Shown here: positions 9,402 through 18,862 of the stretch, piece by piece
Layout: each line of letters starts with the position of its first letter
Numbering within the stretch: position 1 is the first letter of the stretch
Virus record (IMG/VR): IMGVR_UViG_3300002461_001214
Location: 1-53,654 of that record
Reading direction: 5' to 3' (one strand)
Source: a virus
Taxonomy: Duplodnaviria; Caudoviricetes
Length of the DNA stretch: 53,654 nt
Notes under the pieces: model-generated
The model's input: the letters and a program-made list of their open reading frames with translations, nothing else
The model's database searches: none
Told to the model about the DNA's origin: nothing
Position numbers and translations under genes: made by a program

Positions 9402-10211
9402 TCAATCCAGGATGTCGTGAAGACGGAGGATCTTGTAGCCCTTGAGCCTCTCCATCACGACGATCGTTTCGACATCGACGATGAACGTCTTGCGATAGGG
9501 GAATTCGATATCGGCGATCATGGCATCCTTGAGCGCTGCCTTCTCAGCCTCAGCAAAGTACACCGGCAGGGGCGAGCTTGATGCCTCTTCCACGATCGCT
9601 TTCAGGCCGGTTCGTCCTCCAGACGATCCTTGGCGGTCGGTCTGGACCCAGACCAGTGGCACCTCGGTCAATGTCTGTTTCACCGGCGTCTTCATCACCT
9701 CCAGCGCCTTCGTCGCGCTGTTTTGCATGGCGTTCGCGTCCCGCGAGCCCACCATGATGACCGCATTCGGGCTGTTGTTGATGTTGATCTGAACGTTCGA
9801 TCCGCTGTTTTCCGCGATCGGCGCCAAGAAGCTCGCGGCCGCCTCGATCTCCTTTTTCGTTGGATCCACCGGCTTGGAACTGTCGCCGTTCAACCAGTCC
9901 AGGATCTGCTTCACCCGCTGCACCGTCTCGACAGCGATCTTGATGTCCGAAAGGACCGGTGCGACTGCACCGCCCGCGACCTTGACCATCTCGACCAAAT
10001 CGACCTCGATGGAGCCCTTGCGAACCTCTTTTATGAAAAGACGCAGGTCTTTTGGGACGTCATCCAGCCGGGCGACTTGGCTGCGATAGAGTTCTGCCAG
10101 GCCTTCCAGGCTCTCGCTGAATTTGCCTATCTCGACGGGGCGCGTGAAATTATATGTCACGGTCACCGCATCGCCCGGCGATGACGTTGCTGCCGACTGC
10201 TCAGAGTCCAT
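9402..10211 (-). CDS. Accessory (moron) hypothetical protein, 269 aa
   Basis: ATG 10211 after GGGGAG; Lys/Ile-rich, lower GC than structural genes. Confidence 0.75.
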   Translation of the reverse strand: MDSEQSAATSSPGDAVTVTYNFTRPVEIGKFSESLEGLAELYRSQVARLDDVPKDLRLFIKEVRKGSIEVDLVEMVKVAGGAVAPVLSDIKIAVETVQRVKQILDWLNGDSSKPVDPTKKEIEAAASFLAPIAENSGSNVQININNSPNAVIMVGSRDANAMQNSATKALEVMKTPVKQTLTEVPLVWVQTDRQGSSGGRTGLKAIVEEASSSPLPVYFAEAEKAALKDAMIADIEFPYRKTFIVDVETIVVMERLKGYKILRLHDILD

Positions 10212-10345
10212 GCCCCACTCCCCGAAGAAAAGCCGACGAGAGGCTGGACTGAATCCATGGTGTACGGCAACAGGCAACGCAGACTGCGGGGTGGCAGTCA
10301 CAGCGAACTTGGGGCTCTGCCCCGAATATTGCGTCGAGCAACGGT

Positions 10346-11137
10346 TCATGGAGGGGTGATCACCACCTCCCGCACCCGCTTCGTGCGATCCGCTCCACCC
10401 GCCTGATAGCTCAGCTCGACCGTCTCGATTGTGGCCCAGGCGAACAGCTCGCGCACCTCGGGCACGTCGTTCAACGACAGGATGAAGCGGCCTTGAAGCC
10501 GTTGTAAAGCGGCGCTCAACAGCTCGAACTGCGATCGGTCGAACAGGCCCTTCCCGTAGAAGTGCTCCGTGCCCCAATAGGGCGGGTCAAGATAGAACAG
10601 CGTGCCCGGGCGGTCCCAGCGCTCGATAAAGGACTGCCATCCTAGGCATTCGATCCAGACGCCGCTCAGCCGCTCATGGGCGGCCTCCAGCATCGGGCCG
10701 AGCTTGTTCACGTCGAAGCGTCCCGGCCCGCCCGTGTCGACGCCAAAGGACCGGCTGGCGACCTTCCCGCCGAACGACAGCCGCTGGAGATAGAGAAAAC
10801 GCGCAGACCGCTCCAGATCCGTCAGGGTCTCAGGATCCTGCGCCACAAGGCGCTGAAACTCTGCCCGGCTGGTCACCTGCCATTTCAACATGTCCATCAG
10901 CGCCTGGTAGTGGCGCTGGAGCACCCGGAAGAACGTCGCGATGTCGCGAGAGGCGTCGTTGATGACCTCGACCTTCGGCCGCAAGGGCCGACGGAGGAAG
11001 ACGCCGCCCATGCCGACGAAGGCTTCCGCATATATAGAGTGTTCGACCGTGCAGATGCGTTCGATCAGGCGGCGGGCGAGCTGCTTCTTACCGCCGACAT
11101 AGCCGGCCACCGGGTTAACCGGGCTCACGGATTCCAT
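10346..11137 (-). CDS. Dam-like DNA adenine methyltransferase at the Mu mom position
   Basis: GYVGGKKQL, EAFVGMGGVF, EVINDAS, FYLDPPY, ILSLND. Confidence 0.92.
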   Translation of the reverse strand: MESVSPVNPVAGYVGGKKQLARRLIERICTVEHSIYAEAFVGMGGVFLRRPLRPKVEVINDASRDIATFFRVLQRHYQALMDMLKWQVTSRAEFQRLVAQDPETLTDLERSARFLYLQRLSFGGKVASRSFGVDTGGPGRFDVNKLGPMLEAAHERLSGVWIECLGWQSFIERWDRPGTLFYLDPPYWGTEHFYGKGLFDRSQFELLSAALQRLQGRFILSLNDVPEVRELFAWATIETVELSYQAGGADRTKRVREVVITPP

Positions 11138-11278
11138 TTGTGCTGCAGTCCAGAATCGTCGCCCATGAGCACGCGGCCTTGGCCGTCGTGACGGGCGATG
11201 TGATGTTAGTCTCGTCGGGCGGCCTTCTCTCCCAAAGGTCGGGCCGCCGGAGCCGCAAGGCTCCCCTGTCACGCTCCG

Positions 11279-12316
11279 TCAGCTCTTGCTGCTCGAACCA
11301 TCCTCCTTCGCTTTGATCTCCACCTTTGTGGTGAAGCCGCTGTCGCTCAGTTCATGCTCGACCGCGTCGGCACGTAGGGTCATCTGCATGTCTGAGGGCC
11401 AGGAAGAGCCAAGTATGACGTCGGCTTCAGCCTGCGCCTCCGGACGGCCCTGCATCACGAAGTTCCCGGTGGCGGTGTTGCGGGTCAGCCGGCGCGCCTC
11501 AGCCTCGCTCTTCTTCTTCGCCTGTTCCTTGTTCGGTAGCGGGTCGCGCACCACGAAATCAGGCCCCTGCAGCCCGGTCTCGGCCGTCTCGGAGACGCGC
11601 TTGCCAGTCTTCTGGTCGATATAGGCGGTCTTCACCTTGCCGTACTGCGCGCGGGATTCCGGCGAGAAGCTCCATTCCTTGCAGTCGCTCTTCTCGATCA
11701 TGATCGGCGCGAGCGCTTCGCCGCCGGCCGATTTGGCCTTGCCGCGCGGCGCGGCGACCAGGCGCGTTCCCATCGGCTTGATCACGGCGTCATGCTCGTC
11801 GCCGAGCGTCGTCAGGAAATCGATGTCGGATGTGTCGATCCGCGCCCGGTATTTGATCTTGATCTTGGCCAGCTCGGTATCGATTGCGGGCGTCAGGCCG
11901 TTGCGCTTGGCGATCGCGCCGACGATGTCGCCGATCGTCTTGTCCTCGAAGGCTTCGCGGCCAGCGCCTTTCAGTTGGCGCTTCAGGTCGGCCGCGCTAG
12001 CCTGAATGGTGACGGTCTCGCCTGCATCGTATGAGCCCTTGCGCTCGAAGGACTGCATCTCGTAGCTGCCAATCTTGACGAGGCTGGTTTCTTTGAACCC
12101 GAGCCAGACCTCGATCCGGGCCTTGTCGCGCGGCCGGGCGATCTGATTGCCCGCGTCATCGAGCTCGATCGTGACCTGGTCGGACTTCTGGCCGCCCTCG
12201 TCGCGGGTCGAGAGCTTGATCAGCCGCGAATAGAAGCCGCCGGCGACCTCCTGGCCATCGACGGTCACCTTCACCATCGGCGTGAACCCGCCACGGCTGA
12301 CGAGCGCGAACGGCAT
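11279..12316 (-). CDS. P2 GpD-like baseplate hub / late control protein
   Basis: DEGGQKSDQVTIELDD, VWLGF, SDIDFLTTL, VEHELSDSGFTT. Confidence 0.85.
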   Translation of the reverse strand: MPFALVSRGGFTPMVKVTVDGQEVAGGFYSRLIKLSTRDEGGQKSDQVTIELDDAGNQIARPRDKARIEVWLGFKETSLVKIGSYEMQSFERKGSYDAGETVTIQASAADLKRQLKGAGREAFEDKTIGDIVGAIAKRNGLTPAIDTELAKIKIKYRARIDTSDIDFLTTLGDEHDAVIKPMGTRLVAAPRGKAKSAGGEALAPIMIEKSDCKEWSFSPESRAQYGKVKTAYIDQKTGKRVSETAETGLQGPDFVVRDPLPNKEQAKKKSEAEARRLTRNTATGNFVMQGRPEAQAEADVILGSSWPSDMQMTLRADAVEHELSDSGFTTKVEIKAKEDGSSSKS

Positions 12317-12531
12317 CAGCCCCAGAGCCTCACGGTTTCGCGCAGAGGCGGACGCTCGGCCGCCGGGTCCGGCAGCTCCAGTTCAGTGCCGACCGGCACG
12401 ATCGGCCCCAAGGTGGCGAGGCCGGGGTTGAGTTCAAAGGTCCGCTCGACCAGTCGGTCATCCTGCCGCCCGATTGCCTGCCAGACGATCAGGTCGACGG
12501 TCATGTCGTCGCGCGAGACCAAGACGCGCAT
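12316..12531 (-). CDS. P2 GpX-like tail protein (LysM-like)
   Basis: DMTVDLIVW...ELNPGLA...GTELELPD...VRLWG. Confidence 0.85.
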   Translation of the reverse strand: MRVLVSRDDMTVDLIVWQAIGRQDDRLVERTFELNPGLATLGPIVPVGTELELPDPAAERPPLRETVRLWG

Positions 12532-12959
12532 CAGAACAGCCCTCCAAACGCCGCAGCACCGCCAAACGGCGCGAGCTTGACGGAGAACTCGACCTTCACG
12601 CCGATGCCGTCCTCCGCGATTTGCTCGTGCGTGGCACCGACCTCCAGGATGACGCACGTCCCGAAGACGCTGGCCGCCGCGCCGGCGACGGACCAACCGA
12701 GCACTTCGACGGGCCGCCCGGCCGACTGCGTCGCTTTAAGCGCCAGGTACTCGGCGTGGCCGCCGAAATCGTGGTGGAAGTATAGCCCCTCGATCTCCAG
12801 CTCGTCCTCGCCGCGGCCTGTGAACTGGCGCGCGGGCCCAACGCCGAAGCGGTTGATGGTCGGCCAGTTGGCCTTCGTCGTTTCCTTGATCTTCTGGATC
12901 GAGAGCGGCAGAGCCGCGAAGATATGCTCGCCGATGGCCAAGATCGGGATAACCGCCAT
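12531..12959 (-). CDS. P2 GpU-like tail protein
   Basis: WPTINRFGVGPARQFTGRGED...KVEFSVKL; located after the TMP. Confidence 0.82.
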   Translation of the reverse strand: MAVIPILAIGEHIFAALPLSIQKIKETTKANWPTINRFGVGPARQFTGRGEDELEIEGLYFHHDFGGHAEYLALKATQSAGRPVEVLGWSVAGAAASVFGTCVILEVGATHEQIAEDGIGVKVEFSVKLAPFGGAAAFGGLF

Positions 12960-15364
12960 CAGTCGACTCCATCATGCAGGGCGCCCGAGATCGCTCTCCG
13001 GCTGCCGCTGGAACCGGAGGCCATAACGCCGTCGACCTGGGCTCTTGCTCCCCGTGCGGCGGCAACCATCGCCGGCGTGCCCGCAGTGATTCCGGCAGCG
13101 AATGACGCCGCGACCTGCAGGCCCGCCGCCGTGGCGTCACCGCCCTGCAATGCTGCCAGAACGCTATCCTTGGCGCCCGTGGCGGCCGTGTTCGCGCCAG
13201 CGCCCCCTGCGGCGATGCCCGCAGCCCAGCTTTCGGAGATCAGGCGGCCCTCAGGCTGCAGGTCGATCGAATAGGCGGCCTTCAGGCCCGAGACGTCGGG
13301 CATCGCGGCCTTCAGGGCCGAGATGTCGGGCATCGCGGCCCTCTTCGCACCTTTTGGCCTCCCGGGTTTGGCATCCGGCTTCGGGATGAACTCCATGTTG
13401 GGCGTCACCCGAGAAAGCCCACCCTCGCCACGTGTCCCTTCCAGCTCTTGGATGCGATCGGCGACGCCCTTGCTGGTCTCGCCTGAAACCGACGGCGCCA
13501 GCCGCTTCAGCCGCGTCATCTCGGCTTCCTTGTCGAGCCGGTCCTTGGTCTCGGCCGCGGCGGCCCTCTGCCGCTCGTCGAAATCCGCCGGTCCTCGCGG
13601 TGTCTCGCGGACATTGTCCACCGCCGGCAGCTGGTCAAGCTGGCGCTGCAGATCCGCCAGGCGCATTTGCTTGCGCCGTCGCCCCTGGCCGTCAGGGCCG
13701 ATCAGCTTCAGCTCCTTCGAAAGACCTGCCATCTCGCGCTCGATCTGGCGGCGCATCAGCCGGAAGCGTTCGCGCACCTGGGCATCGTCAGGCAATCTAG
13801 CGATCGTGCCCAAGGTTTCGCCCGCATCCTTCCGGGCCTGATCGCGCCGCACGCGCTCGTTGGCTGTGGCGACCTTCTCCGGATGGCTGGCGGCGATATC
13901 GGCCTCGCCCGGTGCCAGGGGCTTCCCCTCCGCGACCTTCTGAGCGACCTCGTCGATCTTGGCTTTGGCTGCGGCCAGCTCGTCATAGGCTCGCAGGATT
14001 TCATTGACCCCCTCGGCAATCGAGCCCGCAGCGATCTTGAGCGGGTCACCGAGCCTGCGGTACAGCTCGTTCACGCTCTGCTGTGCGCGTTCGAGCTTGC
14101 TGAAGTCAGTTTTGAGCTTCTTTTCGAAGTCGCGGCCCACGCTGCCGAGCACCTGCTTCTTGTCGTTGAGGGTCGCCGTGATGTCCTTCAGGCGGCCGAG
14201 ATTGTTGAGCAACGCGCCGATGTTATCGGCATATTCCCGGCCGAAGAGCTGTTTCAAAACCTCCATGCGCTTCAGGCCGTCAGGGATCTTCTCGATGCGC
14301 CCCAGCAGGTCGACGATTGCGCCCATGGCGTCCTTCCGGACCGCCGCCTGAAGCTTCTTCGAGTTCGTCTTGAGGACCTTCAGGCCCTCGCCGAACTCCT
14401 TCGTCGCCTCATCCCCCAGCGAGACATTGGTGAAGAGCGCGTTGAGCGCCGTCGCGGCGACCTCGGCCGGCGTCCCGACCTCCTTCAGGGCGGCGCCAAG
14501 GGCGAGCACACCATTGGAACTTACGCCGATCTGCTTCCCAGCCGCGCCGGCACGGTTGAGGATGCTCAGCAGATCCGTCTCGCGGGCGGCCGAGATATCG
14601 GCGGCCTTGTTCACGGCGTCGCCGATCGCCTCGATCTGGCTTTGGTTGGCCTGATAGATGTTGCCGATCTCAGCGAGCGCCTGGCTGGTTTCGGCCGAAC
14701 CCATGTTCCAGGCGACGGTCGCCTTGGCCGCGTATTCTGTGAACCGCGCCAGCTCCTTTACCGGTCGGCCGGCGAATCCGGCCGCGGCCGTGATGCCGGC
14801 AATTTCTTCCGCCGATTTGCCCGTGGCGATCGATAGCGCGACCGTCTGGGCCCGATAGGCGGCCATGCCGGCCGTGTCGGCGTCGGTCGCCTTCTCGACC
14901 TCGTACAAAGCCTTTTCGAGGGCGAGCGCCTCGTTGGTGCCTTTCCGGAGCCCGGCGGCAAGCAGGTAGGCGCCGCCCAATCCCGCAACCGTGGCACCTC
15001 CGCCGGCGAGGAGCAGCGGCAGCGATGAGGCCGCACTCGCCGCGGCCGCGGTCGCAGCCTCCTTTGGCGATCGCCGGTTGCGGCCGCCGGCCAGTGTCGC
15101 CGTCATAGCCGAGAGGCCCTGCGGTTTGACGTTCGTGCGGCCGAGGGCCTGCATTTCGGCCCGCGCGCGACCGATGGCGAGCTGGGCATTGCGCGCCTGT
15201 TCGGCGGTCAGCTTCAGATCGCGGGCGATCCTGTCACCGGCCCGAACGCCATTCAGCGCCTGGGCTGCGGTCTTGACGTCTTTCAAGTCGCGCTTGGCCT
15301 TGTCGGCACCGCCCTTGGAGCGGTTGACCAGGTCCAGGATCAGCTTGACGCGCATATCGGCCAT
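12959..15364 (-). CDS. Tail tape measure protein (TP901 core)
   Basis: 801-aa helical Ala-rich ORF with LFGREY motif; 30-bp tandem repeat at 13275-13340. Confidence 0.9.
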   Translation of the reverse strand: MADMRVKLILDLVNRSKGGADKAKRDLKDVKTAAQALNGVRAGDRIARDLKLTAEQARNAQLAIGRARAEMQALGRTNVKPQGLSAMTATLAGGRNRRSPKEAATAAAASAASSLPLLLAGGGATVAGLGGAYLLAAGLRKGTNEALALEKALYEVEKATDADTAGMAAYRAQTVALSIATGKSAEEIAGITAAAGFAGRPVKELARFTEYAAKATVAWNMGSAETSQALAEIGNIYQANQSQIEAIGDAVNKAADISAARETDLLSILNRAGAAGKQIGVSSNGVLALGAALKEVGTPAEVAATALNALFTNVSLGDEATKEFGEGLKVLKTNSKKLQAAVRKDAMGAIVDLLGRIEKIPDGLKRMEVLKQLFGREYADNIGALLNNLGRLKDITATLNDKKQVLGSVGRDFEKKLKTDFSKLERAQQSVNELYRRLGDPLKIAAGSIAEGVNEILRAYDELAAAKAKIDEVAQKVAEGKPLAPGEADIAASHPEKVATANERVRRDQARKDAGETLGTIARLPDDAQVRERFRLMRRQIEREMAGLSKELKLIGPDGQGRRRKQMRLADLQRQLDQLPAVDNVRETPRGPADFDERQRAAAAETKDRLDKEAEMTRLKRLAPSVSGETSKGVADRIQELEGTRGEGGLSRVTPNMEFIPKPDAKPGRPKGAKRAAMPDISALKAAMPDVSGLKAAYSIDLQPEGRLISESWAAGIAAGGAGANTAATGAKDSVLAALQGGDATAAGLQVAASFAAGITAGTPAMVAAARGARAQVDGVMASGSSGSRRAISGALHDGVD

Positions 15365-15365
15365 T

Positions 15366-15593
15366 TCAGCCGTCCTCTCCGATCGTGAACAGCACCGCTT
15401 CAGCGTGCCAGGTCAGGATCTCGTCGACCGGCATGGCGAGCACGGCGGGGAGCGGCGTGTGCGCGATCGCAGCAAGCTCCAGGCAGTAGGCCGCCAACGC
15501 CCTCAGGCCGGTTCGGCGGCGTCGCCGAGCGCCAGCACGTCGGCCGCCACTTCGAGCAGATCCGCGCCCTGAAGGGCGCGCGGCAAGAAAGGG
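15366..15593 (-). CDS. GpE'-like extension of the tail chaperone (probable -1 frameshift product)
   Basis: Slippery C CCT TTC at 15587-15593; the -1 frame is open to 15366 and ends LAAIAHTPLPAVLAMPVDEILTWHAEA. Confidence 0.6.
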   Translation of the reverse strand, partial: PFLAARPSGRGSARSGGRRAGARRRRRTGLRALAAYCLELAAIAHTPLPAVLAMPVDEILTWHAEAVLFTIGEDG

Positions 15594-15955
15594 CGGGCGG
15601 CCTCCAGCACGTTCACCAGATCGTCCGCTTCGAGGCCGTCGAGCACGTCGGGATGCACGCCGGCGACGAGGGCACGAGCGCGACGGTTCAGACTGTGCTC
15701 CTCGTCGTCCTGCATCAGCAGATCGGTCACCTGCTTGCCGGTGACGCGGCGGAGCGTGATGAAGGTCAAAGGCTCGCCGTCCACGGTCACGGGGAACGCC
15801 AGGGGCACCGTCTGCGACCACTGGGCGGGATCGGCCGGTTGAACCGCAGGGCCAGGAGAAGCCGGCCGCGGCGAGGCTGGCCGAGCCTCTTCTGCCGCCG
15901 GCGGCTTGATCGGCTCCAGATCCGGATCGGGCTCGAAGGCGCTCTGGATGGCCAT
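15503..15955 (-). CDS. Tail assembly chaperone (P2 GpE / Mu gp41-like)
   Basis: VPLAFPVTVDG..ITLRRVTG...LDGLEADD; between tube and TMP. Confidence 0.82.
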   Translation of the reverse strand: MAIQSAFEPDPDLEPIKPPAAEEARPASPRPASPGPAVQPADPAQWSQTVPLAFPVTVDGEPLTFITLRRVTGKQVTDLLMQDDEEHSLNRRARALVAGVHPDVLDGLEADDLVNVLEAARPFLPRALQGADLLEVAADVLALGDAAEPA

Positions 15956-15956
15956 G

Positions 15957-16496
15957 TCAGCCCGCCACGCCGATCATCTGGTTGATACGGGCACGCTGAC
16001 CGCCGATCGACTGCCAGCCACCCTGCTGGATGTTGAAGCGGCAGATCTCGTTGGTCTTGATCACGAGGGAGTATTTCGAGATCGAGCGCAGCTCGTAGTC
16101 GGTGCCCATATTGGCCTCCAGCTCGCCGAGTTCGGCGTTCAGGCGGCCATAGGCCGTGGCCGTCACCTGGATCTCGCGGTCCTCGGCGCTCTCGGCATAT
16201 TCGTTCACAAGCGCACCGAAGATGGTGATCTTGAGCCGGTCGCCGCGTGGCAGCTGGGTCAGCGCCAGCACCTCGGGCTGCATGCCCTTCAGGTCGAAGC
16301 CAAGCATGCAGGCCTCGGCGCCGGTCGCTATCTCGATCGAGCCGTTGGTCGCGCCGGGCTGGAAGTCCTCATAGGACTCCTTGTTGACCGGCAGCTTGAC
16401 CTTGCCGAGCGAGAGATGGGTGTTGAGCGCAGCGTTGTTGCCGTACTCGATGTAAGCGTTCCTGCCCTGGACAAGCAGCAGCGGAATGGCGGCCAT
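15957..16496 (-). CDS. Contractile tail tube protein (P2 FII-like)
   Basis: 179 aa directly downstream of the sheath; LGKVKLP motif. Confidence 0.8.
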   Translation of the reverse strand: MAAIPLLLVQGRNAYIEYGNNAALNTHLSLGKVKLPVNKESYEDFQPGATNGSIEIATGAEACMLGFDLKGMQPEVLALTQLPRGDRLKITIFGALVNEYAESAEDREIQVTATAYGRLNAELGELEANMGTDYELRSISKYSLVIKTNEICRFNIQQGGWQSIGGQRARINQMIGVAG

Positions 16497-16535
16497 GAAT
16501 GATCTCCGTCAGGGCGAGGCTGAAAGGCTCGGGCG

Positions 16536-17747
16536 TCAGGCTGCCTCGGAGCGCTCAAGCGACTGCAGGATGCCGTTGGCGACCTGGGCGTGGTAGGTGA
16601 TGTTGCGTCGCGCGCCGAACTGCAGATCCTGCAAGGGCGCATAGGGCTCGCGGTCGTATTCAACCCGCAAGATGCCGGACGACATGCCCTCGTTGCTGTT
16701 AAGGGGCCGCTCGAACCAGGCGCGGAAGTCGATCACGGCGGTCGCCGCCACTAGCTCATCGCCGAAGTTCGAGAGCGACTGGATGACAGAGGTCCCAAGC
16801 GGCACCGTCAGGCGCCGGTCCATGCCCCAGTAGAAGGAGTCGACGACGGCGTCGTCGATCGCGTCGTTGGTGCGCACGACATTGACGAAGCGGTCGAGTG
16901 GATCGGCGGCGCAGGTCTCGTTGCCCCACAGGATGCCGTTGGCGCGCAGCGTCGCGATCTTGATCTCGTTGAGGTAGTTCGCCTCGCTGTCGGGCTCGCC
17001 GGTGAAATAGCTGATCGGCCGCGATGCGCCCAGTATCCCGCCCATCGCCTGGTTGGAGGGGCTCTCCCACGGGCCGCCGATTTCCTTGTCGCGCTTGACG
17101 AAGAGGCCGGCGACGCGGCCCGAAGCCGGCTCGTTCACCACGGCCGAGCCGCGCAGCACCTTCACGGACGGGTGGAACAGGTAGGCCCGCTTGTCGTCGG
17201 CGAAGTCGTCGCGATAGGTTTCGGCCGCCTCTTTCGAGGCGTCGGGCGTATCGCCGATCTTGATGGCGCGAAGTCTTGCGGCGATCCCGTCCAGCTCCGC
17301 CATGACCGGGTTCTTGGCATTCGAGATCCGCTGGCTCGTATAGCCGGGCACGAAGAGCAGCTTGGCTGGCTTTGAAGCCAGCTTGAAGGCATGGACGCCG
17401 GAATGGTCCGCGCCCGAGCCGACGATGTTGGCGATCGTCGCCTCGATCTGCGCCTGGCCGGTGCCCTCGCCCAGCTCGACCGGGACGATCTGCAGTTCGC
17501 CTACGACGCCCTGGTCATCGATCGCATCCCAGATGGCGTCGGTGTTGCCGCCGGTTCCGAGAGCGGCGCGCGCGGTGGCGTCATTGGTGAAGACGGTGGT
17601 GACGACATCAGGAGGGAAGACGTCCGGGTCGGCGTTCGGGGCGATCGCCACCGCGCCAAGTGTCGAATACTCGTTGACGGACACCGGCCGGGTCGAGGAG
17701 CCGACCTGGAAGACGCGTACGCCATGGAAGAATTCGCTGGTCGGCAT
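16536..17747 (-). CDS. Tail sheath protein (P2 FI-like)
   Basis: FFHGVRV, WESPSNQ, ANYLN, LWGNET, FVNVVRT. Confidence 0.92.
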   Translation of the reverse strand: MPTSEFFHGVRVFQVGSSTRPVSVNEYSTLGAVAIAPNADPDVFPPDVVTTVFTNDATARAALGTGGNTDAIWDAIDDQGVVGELQIVPVELGEGTGQAQIEATIANIVGSGADHSGVHAFKLASKPAKLLFVPGYTSQRISNAKNPVMAELDGIAARLRAIKIGDTPDASKEAAETYRDDFADDKRAYLFHPSVKVLRGSAVVNEPASGRVAGLFVKRDKEIGGPWESPSNQAMGGILGASRPISYFTGEPDSEANYLNEIKIATLRANGILWGNETCAADPLDRFVNVVRTNDAIDDAVVDSFYWGMDRRLTVPLGTSVIQSLSNFGDELVAATAVIDFRAWFERPLNSNEGMSSGILRVEYDREPYAPLQDLQFGARRNITYHAQVANGILQSLERSEAA

Positions 17748-17801
17748 CGTTGGGGCTCCGGCTCGGCGACCTTGTGCTTGACGGCACGGTCAGAGGGCCG
17801 G

Positions 17802-17844
17802 AAATTACGAGCGCGCGGACACCTGTAAGAGTGGGACGCGCGTC
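17802..17844 (-). promoter_or_regulatory. Putative late promoter (tail sheath operon)
   Basis: GACGCGCGTC palindrome + CACTCTT + -10-like TAATTT; same architecture at 30900-30942 and 38579-38621. Confidence 0.75.
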
Positions 17845-17859
17845 TCATGGACCGCAGCT

Positions 17860-18354
17860 ATGGCAAGCCTAACGGCCAAGCAAATTTGGGGGGGGCTATG
17901 CGGCGTCATGGCTGCCATAGCCGCGTGTTATGCTGCCTTCGTTGTCGTGAACGACAATATCCAACTGATAAAATCCGGACAGAGTGCGCTCGCAGAGCTA
18001 AAGGTAAAGGTAGATAAGCTCGAAGTCGCTCATAGTGATTTGAAGGGCAGCGTGGTCCTCCCCGACAGCGCTATCGTAGGCTGGATGGGTGTCTATACAG
18101 GCAAGTGGAACGACACATGGCCTATTTCGTTCACGGTCATTCCGGTTGGGCCGACCAAGGCTATCGTCTTCACGCAACACCTCGACCATGTCGATGACCA
18201 GTATCAGGTTGTCCGTTCTATGACTGGCGAGGTCGTAGGTCGGGAACTCAAGATAGCGGACAACATCTACCTCAGCAGAAAGCCTGATGGTAATTTTGCT
18301 GCCGTTGGATGGTGGAATGCGACACTCAGGCGGGCGGAGCTAATACGTCAGTAG
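17860..18354 (+). CDS. Antisense moron, membrane-anchored hypothetical protein
   Basis: Lower-GC 164-aa ORF with N-terminal hydrophobic helix and coiled-coil-like segment. Confidence 0.75.
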   Translation: MASLTAKQIWGGLCGVMAAIAACYAAFVVVNDNIQLIKSGQSALAELKVKVDKLEVAHSDLKGSVVLPDSAIVGWMGVYTGKWNDTWPISFTVIPVGPTKAIVFTQHLDHVDDQYQVVRSMTGEVVGRELKIADNIYLSRKPDGNFAAVGWWNATLRRAELIRQ

Positions 18355-18406
18355 GCCTCTCGCAGCCGAGGTCCTGAATGACAAGCGGCTTGCCCAATAT
18401 GCCATG

Positions 18407-18862
18407 CTACAACGACAACCCCAGGCCAACCGCAGCTGTGTGCGTCTGCGCGCGTAGTGTTGAGACGGCCTCGGCAAGCAGTTCGGGCGTGGTAATGTCT
18501 TCCGACAGTAGCGCTTCAGCCCCCCGCCGCAGCGCGACGGCGGCGCGCACGATGGCACGGAAGGCATCGGCCTTGGCGACGACGCCCTCGGCATATTCGA
18601 GCAGCGTCACGCCCTTGTCGGCCGCGAGCTGCGGCAGGAGAGCGCTCTCGGGCAGATCATCACCATCGAGCACCATCCGCGCCTCGGCCTCCTGGATCGT
18701 CCAGGTGCGTGCCTCGGCGTCCGAATAGGTCCCGGTGATCTTGGACGTGATCGCGTTGCCATAGGCCATGGCACTCTCGAAGGCGCGCTCGCGGCGCTCG
18801 GCCATGGTGGGAGCAGGCGCCTGCGCCAGCCGGAACACGGCGTCGTTGATGCTCATGTCCAC
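18407..18862 (-). CDS. Probable tail fibre assembly/associated protein
   Basis: YSDAEARTWTIQEAEAR...AEGVVAKADAF pattern; directly downstream of the fibre-like gene. Confidence 0.65.
   Translation of the reverse strand: MDMSINDAVFRLAQAPAPTMAERRERAFESAMAYGNAITSKITGTYSDAEARTWTIQEAEARMVLDGDDLPESALLPQLAADKGVTLLEYAEGVVAKADAFRAIVRAAVALRRGAEALLSEDITTPELLAEAVSTLRAQTHTAAVGLGLSL

Noticed and set aside
13275-13340. 30-bp tandem repeat
   Set aside because: In-frame repeat (AAMPDISALK/AAMPDVSGLK) within the tape measure gene, which is ordinary
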